From Lewinellaceae bacterium (lineage in GTDB: Bacteria > Bacteroidota > Bacteroidia > Chitinophagales > Saprospiraceae): DNA of 63,751 bases. Location: contig JAHEJC010000001.1 in the NCBI GenBank assembly GCA_024639065.1, positions 1 to 63,751 of the forward strand, read 5' to 3'. Both the position numbers and the translations under genes were made by a program. Below, piece by piece: positions 1-9,410 of the stretch. The first letter of the stretch is position 1; every line of letters begins with the position of its first letter. The notes below the pieces were generated by a model. It saw only the letters and a program-made list of their open reading frames with translations. It was not told the origin of the DNA and ran no database searches.

Positions 1-533
1 TGTATCATTTTTTGCAATCTTTTTCTAGCCTCCGAAACATACCATTTGGATGTACCAGAACTCATATCCAATAATTCAGAAATTTCGCTGTGACTGTATC
101 CGTCAATAGCAAATAAATTGAACACTTTTTTGCACAAATCAGGCAATTGGTGTATGTATGATTCAAGCTGATCCGCATCTAACTGCAAGGCTGCTTCGTT
201 GAAATCGACTTTTAAGTTTTCGAAGACACGATCGTTGCTTTCATAGTAATCCGTAACTTTTTTGCGTTTTTTTTCTTTGCGATGTTCATCAATGACGGTA
301 TTGATGGTAATTCGTTTGATCCAGGCATCGAAGGGAACTTTCGGTTGATATTTATCCAGGTTTGTCAAAACCTTGAAATAAGCCATGTTCAATGCTCCAG
401 CCGCATCATCCTTGTTTTTATAGTATCTAGTACAAATATTCATCATGGGTTGATAACAGATTTGGTATAACTCAAATTGGGCCTGACGGTGGCCCTTTTT
501 ACATTTTCTTATGAGTTTTGATGCTATTTCCAT
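1..533 (-). CDS. ECF-type RNA polymerase sigma-70 family factor (C-terminal end runs off the window edge)
   Basis: Absent from the supplied ORF track because there is no stop inside the window. My minus-strand translation from the ATG at 533-531 reads MEIASKLIRKCKKGHRQAQFELYQICYQPMMNICTRYYKNKDDAAGALNMAYFKVLTNLDKY...VFNLFAIDGYSHSEISELLDMSSGTSKWYVSEARKRLQKMI. It shows sigma region 2 and a region 4 HTH. At 177+ aa it is nearly full length for an ECF sigma. Confidence 0.8.
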   Translation of the reverse strand, partial: MEIASKLIRKCKKGHRQAQFELYQICYQPMMNICTRYYKNKDDAAGALNMAYFKVLTNLDKYQPKVPFDAWIKRITINTVIDEHRKEKKRKKVTDYYESNDRVFENLKVDFNEAALQLDADQLESYIHQLPDLCKKVFNLFAIDGYSHSEISELLDMSSGTSKWYVSEARKRLQKMI

Positions 534-544
534 TTATTTAAATT

Positions 545-572
545 AGGACTCATCCATTGCTGGATGAGTCCT
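545..572 (-). terminator. Perfect 12-bp stem, 4-nt loop hairpin between the T9SS repeat gene stop and the sigma factor start
   Basis: aggactcatcca-ttgc-tggatgagtcct. It lies 15 nt after the stop at 587 and 11 nt before the sigma ATG at 533. The trailing sequence on the minus strand is AATTTAAATAAATG, which is A/T-rich but has no clean U-tract. Confidence 0.45.
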
Positions 573-586
573 GGTCTAAATGCAGT

Positions 587-3500
587 TTACTGTTTTAAAA
601 ACTTCTTAGTTATCAATTGCTGGGCTGATTGAATTCTTAAGATATAAAATCCTTCAGGTAAATTCGACACAATAACCCTGCCATTGGCTTGTCCTTGCAG
701 CCAATCCGTTTTTTCAAAATGAGTGATTTGACCTTGCATATTTTGCACGCTGATCTCATAAGTATCGTTGTAAGGGATATCCAATGAGAAGTTTATTTGA
801 TTCCTGGCTGGGTTGGGATGAATGCTCAATTCCTTAACCTTCGTATTCCCTTGTTCCGGCACTATAACAAATAAATTCTTTTTCCCGTTCTTTGATTTAT
901 TGGAAATCATTGTGGTAGTGGAATTCGATGCATTTTTAGAATTTGAGGTAAATTCATTAATATTCTCAATTTCCACACAGGACGATGATATACAACCCTC
1001 CGAATCCGTAATCGTTACACAGTAAGTACCGGCATCATTGATTTTGATATTCTTTGTCACTTCTCCGGTATTCCAGCTGTAATCAAAAGGGGCCTTGCCA
1101 TTCGATTTGGCCTGTAAAGTACTTCCATTTAATACTCGAATAATAGCGCGACAGGTATCTGTTTCGTCAGTAATTACTATATCCACACATGCCTCTGCTA
1201 TACAACCACTTTCCCAATATACTGTGACACAATAGGAACCATCTACATTTACCATAATTTGTTTACCCAACTCACCTGTATTCCAAACAATTGAATCAAT
1301 TCCATCAGCTGGTCTTGGCACAGCGTGCAATTTAACCCCCGCTCCAGTGCGCCTAGGGTAAATCTCTACTTTACACAACTCATCTATATCTTCAATCGTA
1401 AAACACTCTTTCACCACGCAGCCATTTTTAAATATAGCTTCCACACAATAGGTACCAGCTGCTGTAATCAATATGCTTCTGGTAGTATCTCCAGTATCCC
1501 AAAACAGTTCTTTCAATTGGCCTTTAGGTCGGGGTTTGACTGTAACCAACAATCCGGCAGCTGTAATCTGTCGTGAGAACGAAATACCACAATTCGGGTC
1601 ATTGTTTATTTTAATGCACGCTCTAGCTTCACAACCATCTTCAGTAATAATCTTTACACAATATTCTCCACGTTCAGTAACTAGAATACTTTGTGTATGT
1701 GCGATAGAATCTCCTAGTTCCCAAAAGTAACGTACCTCAACATCTTCCGGACGTACTTTCGCGGTCAGGATGATTCCTTCATCGGTAACTCTTCTGGCTA
1801 TTTCAACTTTGCAATCTGGTTCATCATCACCTATAATTATACAATCTGTCGCTTCGCATCCGTCTGCGGTGGTACTATTAATAGTAGCTACTAACACTTT
1901 TACACAGTATTCACCCCGTTCGGTCACCAAGACACTTTCAGTCGTATGCGTGGAATCTCCAATTTGCCAGAAATAACGTACCACTGCCCCTTCAGGACGA
2001 ACTTTAGCCGTAAGTAGGATCCCCTCATCGGTATTTCTTCGAACGATTTCTACTTTACAATCGGCTTCATCATCACCAATTTTAATGCAGTCTTCGGCAA
2101 CACATGCATTGGTCGCCGTGCTCTCCGTCGCTACTATTACTTTTACACAATATTCACCTCGCTCGGTCACCAGGATACTTTCGGTACCCGCGGTATCCGA
2201 GTTATTCCAAAAATAACGAACATTGGCATCCTCAGGTCTTACTTTAGCAATAAGCAGGATCCCTTCATCGGTATTTCTTCGAATGATTTCTACTCTGCAA
2301 TCCTTTTCGTCACCTCCAATTTTTATACAATCTCGAGCTTCGCAACCATTAGGACTTATACTGTCTCCAGCCACAATTACTTTTACACAATATTCACCCC
2401 GCTCAGTTACCAGGATACTCTCAGTACCCGCGGTATCCGAGTTATTCCAAAAATAACGAACATTGGCATCCTCAGGTCTTACTTTAGCAGTAAGCAGGAT
2501 CCCTTCATCGGTATTTCTTCGAACGATTTCTACGGAACATTCAGCACCATCATCACCAATATTGATGCAATCTCGAGCTTCACAACCGTCTTCAGTTATA
2601 ATCTTCACACAATATTCACCTCGTTCGGTCACCAGTATACTTTCAGTAGTGGCTGTATCCGAATTATTCCAAAAATACCTGGCGCTGACATTAGCTGGGG
2701 TAACTTTGGCTGTCAACAAAATACCTTCATCCGTTCTTCTACTTTGAATATGCACCCTGCATTGATCATCTCGGCGTAAATCAATGCAAGCATCCGCTTT
2801 ACAAATATCTCCGTAATGAACTACTACACAATATTTGTCTCTTTCAGTTACGACGATCGATTGAGTAGTCTCTCCTGTGGACCATTCATAAGTAGGAGGT
2901 GTTGTTGCTGGAGAAACACTAGCGCTAACCGCCGTGAGCTTAATTCCACCATCAACATCTTCCTTCCGAATCTCCACTTTACATCCATCTCCACGCAAAT
3001 CAATACAAGCCTCGGCTTTACATTCATCTCCATAATAAGCCACTACACAATATTTCATTAATTCAGTCACGGTAATGGACCGAGCAGTGTCACCCGTGGA
3101 CCATACAAAAAAACTGTTAGCCACGTTCGAAAGGCTATTCCCACCAATGGCTGTAAGTTTGATTCCTCCATCCACTAGCTCCTTCCGTATTTCCACCTTG
3201 CAATTTCTTCCCGGGATATTTACTTTTACACATTTCCCGGCAGTACATCCGTTACTGAATGCTACTTTTACACAATATTCTCCACTTTTTGTTACCAACA
3301 ACGATTTTTCACTACTACCATCACTCCATCCGATTTCAGTAACTAAATCGGCGGGCCGGGGATCAATAGTTAAAAGAATGCCTCCATCTCGCTTTTCCCT
3401 TTTGATATTTACGTGGCAGTTCCGGGAACTAACATCATCAAACTTAAAACAAGCATCTGCTGCACAGCCTCTGGGAGTAGTAATAGTCACACAATACGCT

Positions 3501-3706
3501 GTTTTCTCCGTGACAGAAATTGATTGAGTAGTCATTCCATTACTCCAGCTATATGTAAATGCATCTCCGCCTTTTGCATTGGCTTTTAGTACATAACCAC
3601 TATTTTCTTCTACTACATCTATGTTGACCCCGCAATCCTGGGCCCATAGATTATTTAAAAACAACATTGGGACAGTTAGCAGAAAAAATCTTAACAGGTT
3701 ATCCAT
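587..3706 (-). CDS. Secreted T9SS cargo protein made of 12 tandem four-Cys SprB-like repeats plus a C-terminal Por sorting domain
   Basis: 1039-aa ORF with an N-terminal signal peptide (MDNLLRFFLLTVPMLFLNNLWAQ). It has 12 units of 72-82 aa with the pattern C-x-V-x-I...DGGI.LTA...Y.WS.G.T..SI.VTE.G.YCV....GC.A..C. The first and last units match the SprB-repeat signature (YSWSNG.TT.SI, AGTYCVTITDSEGC). The last 78 aa (IHPNPARNQINFSL...GFYILRIQSAQQLITKKFLKQ) look like a T9SS CTD. Confidence 0.9.
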   Translation of the reverse strand: MDNLLRFFLLTVPMLFLNNLWAQDCGVNIDVVEENSGYVLKANAKGGDAFTYSWSNGMTTQSISVTEKTAYCVTITTPRGCAADACFKFDDVSSRNCHVNIKREKRDGGILLTIDPRPADLVTEIGWSDGSSEKSLLVTKSGEYCVKVAFSNGCTAGKCVKVNIPGRNCKVEIRKELVDGGIKLTAIGGNSLSNVANSFFVWSTGDTARSITVTELMKYCVVAYYGDECKAEACIDLRGDGCKVEIRKEDVDGGIKLTAVSASVSPATTPPTYEWSTGETTQSIVVTERDKYCVVVHYGDICKADACIDLRRDDQCRVHIQSRRTDEGILLTAKVTPANVSARYFWNNSDTATTESILVTERGEYCVKIITEDGCEARDCINIGDDGAECSVEIVRRNTDEGILLTAKVRPEDANVRYFWNNSDTAGTESILVTERGEYCVKVIVAGDSISPNGCEARDCIKIGGDEKDCRVEIIRRNTDEGILLIAKVRPEDANVRYFWNNSDTAGTESILVTERGEYCVKVIVATESTATNACVAEDCIKIGDDEADCKVEIVRRNTDEGILLTAKVRPEGAVVRYFWQIGDSTHTTESVLVTERGEYCVKVLVATINSTTADGCEATDCIIIGDDEPDCKVEIARRVTDEGIILTAKVRPEDVEVRYFWELGDSIAHTQSILVTERGEYCVKIITEDGCEARACIKINNDPNCGISFSRQITAAGLLVTVKPRPKGQLKELFWDTGDTTRSILITAAGTYCVEAIFKNGCVVKECFTIEDIDELCKVEIYPRRTGAGVKLHAVPRPADGIDSIVWNTGELGKQIMVNVDGSYCVTVYWESGCIAEACVDIVITDETDTCRAIIRVLNGSTLQAKSNGKAPFDYSWNTGEVTKNIKINDAGTYCVTITDSEGCISSSCVEIENINEFTSNSKNASNSTTTMISNKSKNGKKNLFVIVPEQGNTKVKELSIHPNPARNQINFSLDIPYNDTYEISVQNMQGQITHFEKTDWLQGQANGRVIVSNLPEGFYILRIQSAQQLITKKFLKQ
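953..3640 (-). repeat. In-frame tandem repeat array (12 units, 216-246 nt each) inside the T9SS cargo gene
   Basis: Boundaries come from the protein repeat positions (aa 23 to about 918). The repeat is visible at nucleotide level as the recurring block ggatcccttcatcggtatttcttcgaa(c/t)gatttctac at about 2017, 2257 and 2497. Confidence 0.85.
1921..2640 (-). repeat. Three consecutive exact 240-nt periods, the most homogenised part of the array
   Basis: 2161-2293 versus 2401-2533 differ at 6 of 133 positions by my count. 1921-2160 versus 2161-2400 share the same register with roughly 70-75% identity. Confidence 0.85.
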
Positions 3707-3829
3707 TTTTCTACAGTTTTTTATTGAATTAATAATACCTTCAACTGTCTACACGGTTATTTGACGTGCTGGGTTGGATAAAATCAATTTTTTTGACATA
3801 TTTATTAATTATATGAATGAATTCTAATT

Positions 3830-5092
3830 ATGAAACCGCTGGCAGAACGGGTGAGACCTTATCGTCTAAGTGAATTCATTGGACAAAAACATTTGGTAGG
3901 TGAGACGGGTGTTTTAAAGAAAACCATTGATTCGGGATTCATTCCTTCCATGATTTTATGGGGACCACCTGGTGTGGGCAAAACTACCTTAGCACAAATA
4001 ATAGCCAATGAACTCAAGCGGCCATTTTACCCTCTAAGTGCGGTACATTCAGGCGTAAAAGATGTACGATCGACTATTGAGAAAGCGGAAAAGAATCATT
4101 TTTTCGACCGGCCTAATCCGATTCTATTTATTGATGAGATACATCGATTCAGTAAATCCCAGCAAGACTCTTTGCTCGGAGCCGTAGAAAAAGGCATTGT
4201 TACTCTTATTGGAGCCACTACCGAAAATCCTTCTTTTGAGGTAATATCAGCCTTGCTATCACGATGCCAAGTATATATTCTAAATCCATTAACCGTAGAA
4301 GAGTTAATGGAGATGGCTGCTCAAGCCCTTGAAAAAGATGATAACTTAAATAAGAAAAATATCCAGCTAAAAGAAAAGGATTCACTGATCCGGCTATCCG
4401 GGGGAGATGGACGACGATTGCTCAATGTATTAGAGTTATTTGCTGCCCAAGAAGATCCGGTTATGACTAATGAGATAATTGAGTCCCTGGTAGCCCAAAA
4501 TTTAATGAGGTACGATAAGGGTGGTGATCAACACTATGATATGATCTCGGCCATGATTAAATCCATTCGTGGTAGTGATCCTCAGGCAGCTGTCTATTGG
4601 TTGGCCAGAATGCTCGAAGGAGGCGAAGATATAAAATTCATCGGTAGGCGTATGACTATTTCCGCTGCTGAAGATATCGGACTAGCCAACCCAAATGCAC
4701 TCTTATTGGCTAATGCTGCCTTTCAGTCCATTCAGATGATAGGTATGCCTGAAGCCAGAATCGTTCTTTCAGAAGTAGCCATTTATCTAGCCACCTCTCC
4801 CAAAAGCAATAGTGCCTATCAAGCCATAAAAACGGCCCAGGAATTAGTAATCGAAACTGGGAATCTACCGGTTCCTTTGCACCTCAGAAACGCGCCTACC
4901 AGCCTCATGAAATCATTAGGTCATGGTAAGGATTATAAATATGCACACGATTACCAAAACAACTTTGTGGAAGAACACTACTTACCTGAAGCAGTAGATG
5001 GTAAAATCATTTATCAACCCGGCTCAAACTCTATGGAGAACAAAATTAAAGAACGACTTAAGATGTTATGGAAAACGATATATAAATATTAG
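3830..5092 (+). CDS. rarA: Replication-associated recombination protein A (AAA+ ATPase MgsA/RarA)
   Basis: 420 aa with Walker A GPPGVGKTTLA, Walker B ILFIDEIHRF and the C-terminal MgsA block YDMISAMIKSIRGSDPQAAVYWLARML. Confidence 0.92.
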   Translation: MKPLAERVRPYRLSEFIGQKHLVGETGVLKKTIDSGFIPSMILWGPPGVGKTTLAQIIANELKRPFYPLSAVHSGVKDVRSTIEKAEKNHFFDRPNPILFIDEIHRFSKSQQDSLLGAVEKGIVTLIGATTENPSFEVISALLSRCQVYILNPLTVEELMEMAAQALEKDDNLNKKNIQLKEKDSLIRLSGGDGRRLLNVLELFAAQEDPVMTNEIIESLVAQNLMRYDKGGDQHYDMISAMIKSIRGSDPQAAVYWLARMLEGGEDIKFIGRRMTISAAEDIGLANPNALLLANAAFQSIQMIGMPEARIVLSEVAIYLATSPKSNSAYQAIKTAQELVIETGNLPVPLHLRNAPTSLMKSLGHGKDYKYAHDYQNNFVEEHYLPEAVDGKIIYQPGSNSMENKIKERLKMLWKTIYKY

Positions 5093-5401
5093 GTAATTTC
5101 AAAGACTAACTATCAAGAGCAGATACTTGGAAAATGAACTGTTAACTTAATTAGACCCTGACCAAAATCTCAACGCTTAAGACCACAGTTTTTGTCTGGG
5201 GATGCACATGAAACCGTTAAGGAATGAGGTAATTTAAGGTCAATGAAAATCAGGTAATCAATAAGCCAAAAACTGGCGACTATTTTTGCCATTTTTGTCA
5301 GACTCACGTTTCACCTACTTCTTTTCCAATAACCAGAACCAATTGTTTGATTTCACGTTTTGATATTATATTATTCTTAAATTTAGAGAACAGTTTTATA
5401 T

Positions 5402-6550
5402 ATGAGTATGGAGCCACTGACTAAACAAAGCTTATCGATTATAAAAGATAGCGCTAAAGATTTTGCAGAAAAACATATACGGCCGCACATTATGGAATGG
5501 GATGAGGCCCAAGAATTTCCGATTGCTACTTTTAAAAAAATGGGTGAGCACGGTTTTCTGGGTGTTCTGGTTCCGGAGGAATATGGTGGTGCTGGTCTCG
5601 GATATCAAGAATACATTACCATCATTGAAGAGATTGCTAAAGTAGATTCCTCGATTGGTCTTTCTCTGGCCGCCCACAATTCATTATGCACCGGGCATAT
5701 TTTACAGTTTGCTAATGAATCACAAAAACTAAAATATCTTCCCAAATTGGCTCAAGGAGAATTTATTGGTGCTTGGGGATTGACGGAACCCAATACGGGT
5801 AGCGATGCAGGAAGAATGCAGTGTGTCGCAGAAAAAGATGGGGATCATTATATTATAAATGGAACCAAATCCTGGATCACTCATGGTAAAAGTGGAGATG
5901 TAGCGGTGGTTATTGTTAGGACCGGGGAATTATTAGATAGCCGAGGCATGACCGCTTTTATTATCGAAAAAGGAATCCCTGGATTTGCAGCAGGTAAAAA
6001 AGAAAATAAACTAGGGATGCGCGCGTCAGAAACGACTGAACTTATTTTTGATAATTGCCGGGTACATCAAGATCAGATCATTGGTGAAGAAGGAGAGGGA
6101 TTTGTTCAAGCCCTGAAAGTATTGGATGGAGGCCGTATTTCTATTGCTGCGCTGTCATTGGGGATTGCAAAAGGTTCCTATGAAGCTTCAGTGAAATATG
6201 CCAAAGAACGACATCAATTTGGAAAACCCATTGCCAGTTTTCAGGGAATTAGTTTTAAGCTTGCAGACATGGCTACTAAAATCCAGGCAGCTGAATTATT
6301 AGCGCGAAGGGCAGCCACTCTGAAAAATAGTCATCAAAAAGTAACCAAGGAGTCCGCCATGGCCAAATATTATGCCTCAGAAATTGCTGTTGAGGTGGCC
6401 ACTGATGCCATACAGATTCATGGAGGTTATGGATACACCAAAGATTTTCCAGTAGAAAAGTTTTACCGGGATGCCAAGCTATGTACTATTGGCGAAGGAA
6501 CCTCAGAAATTCAGAAAGTTGTAATCAGTAGGGAAATATTTAAAGAGTAA
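5402..6550 (+). CDS. Acyl-CoA dehydrogenase (short/medium-chain type)
   Basis: 382 aa with ACAD signatures GAWGLTEPNTGSDA, QIHGGYGYTKDFPVEKFYRDAKLCTIGEGTSEIQ. Confidence 0.92.
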   Translation: MSMEPLTKQSLSIIKDSAKDFAEKHIRPHIMEWDEAQEFPIATFKKMGEHGFLGVLVPEEYGGAGLGYQEYITIIEEIAKVDSSIGLSLAAHNSLCTGHILQFANESQKLKYLPKLAQGEFIGAWGLTEPNTGSDAGRMQCVAEKDGDHYIINGTKSWITHGKSGDVAVVIVRTGELLDSRGMTAFIIEKGIPGFAAGKKENKLGMRASETTELIFDNCRVHQDQIIGEEGEGFVQALKVLDGGRISIAALSLGIAKGSYEASVKYAKERHQFGKPIASFQGISFKLADMATKIQAAELLARRAATLKNSHQKVTKESAMAKYYASEIAVEVATDAIQIHGGYGYTKDFPVEKFYRDAKLCTIGEGTSEIQKVVISREIFKE

Positions 6551-6964
6551 CAATTTAATACCCAAACCCCGCCCGGAGTACGTTAAAATCTTCCAACATA
6601 GTAAGGTCTCAGGTTTAGCATTTGATGATTCCATAGATCCATCAAATCAATAAACCCTAAAATATAGTTCGGACCACAGTTCTTTATAACCCACCAAGAA
6701 AAAATGGGATTGGTCCTTTTTATTGTGAAAGCTGTTTGGGATAAGCTCATCTATTTTGCCTTGCCAATTTTTCTTTTACTTAGGTTTCTGGAGATTTTAT
6801 AGATAAAATAAACAGCTCAACACTTACCAGATTTAAGATACGATTACATACATGTGGGTGTTGGGCCTAACCGGTATCGTTAAGTTTATTCCTAAATTAT
6901 TAGCATTAATTGACCATTATTTGAAAAGAAAAAATGGGGTCCGATAAAAAACAGAATCTTACAT

Positions 6965-8500
6965 TTGAAGATGGTTTTCAAAATGCTGGATCGGATCGAA
7001 CAGGTGCCATCCTGGATGTGGATATTTAGTATCCTTTGTCTCAATAAATTGGGATTTGATCTATCCGGAGGTGAAGAACAATATCTGAGCTATGCCAAAC
7101 AATTCATGGATCCGGAGTGGATTAAGAACTCCTTTGTTTATTCCGAATATGCTGGTTCCCGTATTGTCTTTCAATTGATCGTAGGCTTTGTGCTGAAATG
7201 GTTGTCATTCGAATGGACCACTTTTCTATTTCGACTTTTAAACTTTCTGCTGTATGCACATGGGTTTTCTTTATTATTCAAGAAAATTGGCCTGAGCAAT
7301 CTGCATATTTGGTTTATCCTCCAATTGTATCTTGTAATCACCCAATCATTTTTTTCTTCGGCATGGATGCTAAACAGTTTCGAACCAAAAACCATCGCCT
7401 ATGCCTTTTCCATATATGCGCTTTATTACTATTTAGATGATAAACGATTAAACTGTTTCTTGCTATTATCGGTGGCTGGTTATTTTCATATTCTGGTAAC
7501 AGTCTGGCTGGCTATTTACCTGTTGATCCATTATTTATGGTCACAAAGAGAACTCCTGAAGTCCATAAAATATGGTGCACTATTCATATTGCTAGTTACA
7601 CCTTTGCTTTATTATATTGGGTTGGGCATTCTACAAGTACCTGCCGAAGAACTGGTATCTGGCAAAATGGTCAGCGCTAATCACATTTATGCCTACTATC
7701 GCTTACCACACCATCTGGGATTGTTCAAAAGCATAGAATATTTCCAAGAAGTACACCTCAGTGGAGTATGCTGGATGTATGTTATGATGATAAGCCTCTT
7801 ACTGGTTCAAGATCGAGTGAATCCCACTCTATCCAAAATGACCAATTTGTCTTTCATTATTGCAACTATAATTTCAATCTTCCTGATCATAGCCTTTATA
7901 GACCATTCGATTTGCGAAGATAGTGGAGGATTCCTGTTGAAAAGTTACCCTTTTCGAGGTAATGTATGGATAAAACTTTTTGTAGTTATCATTTTGAGTA
8001 AGACCGGCCTCGAGCTGCTTAAATTTGGGAATCGGTCTAAGCGGTTTATGATACTTTTTCTGGTTATCTGTTCTGCTACTACAACATTAGAAACAATAAA
8101 TAATATAAAAGGAAGTATTCGTTCAATAAACCAACCCGATTTGCTCCTATTTAGTCAATACATCCATGAAAATACCGGAACCGATAGCCGATTTATAACC
8201 TATGGGTTTTCCGAAAAGGAACGGATACCTTTAGGAAGAATTTTAAATAGAGAACCTTATGTGGAATTTAAATTTGTACCAGCAGGGACTGAAAAACTGT
8301 ATGAGTGGTACAGAAGATGTAAAATATTTGACCAATTCCAGATTGGAGGTGATACGGAAATACTAAGCCCAGATAACATCGAATATATATTTTCCAGGGC
8401 TATTCGAAATTTTAAAAATTACCAGCTGGAGACTTCCATGGGAAACTATTATGTCTATAAACAAAACCCCAGTAATGGCTATAATCCTATCAAAGATTAA
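6965..8500 (+). CDS. Polytopic membrane protein of unknown function with a C-terminal soluble domain
   Basis: 511-aa ORF with more than 10 hydrophobic segments followed by a hydrophilic tail of about 130 aa. I recognise no catalytic motif. The start is uncertain (TTG at 6965, ATG at 6971 or 6983). Confidence 0.6.
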   Translation: MKMVFKMLDRIEQVPSWMWIFSILCLNKLGFDLSGGEEQYLSYAKQFMDPEWIKNSFVYSEYAGSRIVFQLIVGFVLKWLSFEWTTFLFRLLNFLLYAHGFSLLFKKIGLSNLHIWFILQLYLVITQSFFSSAWMLNSFEPKTIAYAFSIYALYYYLDDKRLNCFLLLSVAGYFHILVTVWLAIYLLIHYLWSQRELLKSIKYGALFILLVTPLLYYIGLGILQVPAEELVSGKMVSANHIYAYYRLPHHLGLFKSIEYFQEVHLSGVCWMYVMMISLLLVQDRVNPTLSKMTNLSFIIATIISIFLIIAFIDHSICEDSGGFLLKSYPFRGNVWIKLFVVIILSKTGLELLKFGNRSKRFMILFLVICSATTTLETINNIKGSIRSINQPDLLLFSQYIHENTGTDSRFITYGFSEKERIPLGRILNREPYVEFKFVPAGTEKLYEWYRRCKIFDQFQIGGDTEILSPDNIEYIFSRAIRNFKNYQLETSMGNYYVYKQNPSNGYNPIKD

Positions 8501-8627
8501 CTTACTGTATAATTCTAATTAATTAGGTTTAAATTAACTTAAGCAGATCTACACCTTGAGGAGAAGTATACATCAAACAGGATTACAGCGCAATATGGTA
8601 ATCAATTAGGTATAAAAAAGATAAAAT

Positions 8628-9410
8628 TTATGTATTCAAATTTAAAAAACCACCATCGACCGGATAAAAGCAACCCGTCAAAAAGCTTGACTCATCGGCA
8701 CACAAAAAGGCCACCAAATTAGCTACTTCCGCTGGATTTCCCATTCGGCCTATGGGTTGAGTCTTAGAAAGTGCTTCAAACATTTCACTTTCTTGTCCAG
8801 GGTAATGATCTTTCAAAAACCCATCAACAAAAGGCGTATGAATACGTGCAGGTCCTGTGGCATTACACCGAATACCATCGGATAGATGATCTTTGGCGAT
8901 GGCAAGGGTCATGGTAAATACCGCTCCTTTGGACATCGAATAAGCAAATCGGCTCTCCAAACCACGTAACGAACCTACAGATGCCATGTTTACAATAGAT
9001 CCCCCACCGGATTTTTTCATCAAAGGGACCCCAAAGTGCAAACAGCTGTATACGGCTTTTACATTGACCTGATAGATTCTTTCCATATCCTGCGGAGTAG
9101 TATTCTCTACGTTACCTATATGAGCAATGCCGGCATTATTTATTAGTATATCCAATCGATTATTTAGTGCGTAAATCTGGTCAAATATTTTATTTACTTG
9201 AGCATGGTCGGTAAGGTCACATTTATAAAAAGTGGCTTGACCAGATTCTTTGGCAATTTCACTTTCCACTCGTTGACCATTTTCCTCGTCCACATCAATT
9301 AAATGAACCATTGCGCCGCTATGAGCAAGTTGTTTACAGACTGCTTCCCCAATACCTTTAGCTCCACCAGTCACTATGGCTATTTTATTGTCTAATTGGT
9401 AGTTAATCAT
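8628..9410 (-). CDS. SDR family oxidoreductase
   Basis: 260 aa with TGGAKGIG cofactor motif, NNAG and YSMSKGAV (YxxxK). Its ATG overlaps the upstream FAH gene stop (ATGA). Confidence 0.9.
   Translation of the reverse strand: MINYQLDNKIAIVTGGAKGIGEAVCKQLAHSGAMVHLIDVDEENGQRVESEIAKESGQATFYKCDLTDHAQVNKIFDQIYALNNRLDILINNAGIAHIGNVENTTPQDMERIYQVNVKAVYSCLHFGVPLMKKSGGGSIVNMASVGSLRGLESRFAYSMSKGAVFTMTLAIAKDHLSDGIRCNATGPARIHTPFVDGFLKDHYPGQESEMFEALSKTQPIGRMGNPAEVANLVAFLCADESSFLTGCFYPVDGGFLNLNT

Noticed and set aside
282-470. 62-aa plus-strand ORF at the window start.
   Set aside because: It lies entirely antisense to a well-supported ECF sigma factor reading frame.
1921-2640. Regularly spaced 240-nt repeats that could superficially suggest a CRISPR-like or satellite array.
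   Set aside because: The repeats are in frame within a long ORF, the period is far too long for CRISPR, and there is no repeat-spacer structure. They are coding tandem repeats.
822-3527. A series of plus-strand ORFs of 61-150 aa (for example 1325-1576, 2223-2456, 2463-2747, 3075-3527) antisense to the 1039-aa repeat gene.
   Set aside because: They repeat with the same period as the sense-strand repeats and have low-complexity Ser/Pro/Ile-rich translations with no motifs. They are a by-product of stop-poor antisense frames in a repetitive gene.
5093-5401. Three AGGTAAT words in the spacer upstream of the acyl-CoA dehydrogenase gene.
   Set aside because: A 7-mer occurring three times in AT-rich DNA with irregular spacing is compatible with chance.
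6704-6947. Two hydrophobic mini-ORFs (6704-6802, MGLVLFIVKAVWDKLIYFALPIFLLLRFLEIL; 6852-6947, MWVLGLTGIVKFIPKLLALIDHYLKRKNGVR) upstream of the 511-aa membrane protein.
   Set aside because: They are too short to distinguish from chance in AT-rich DNA, and I could identify no ribosome-binding context or conservation. Revisit only if ribosome profiling or homologues support them.
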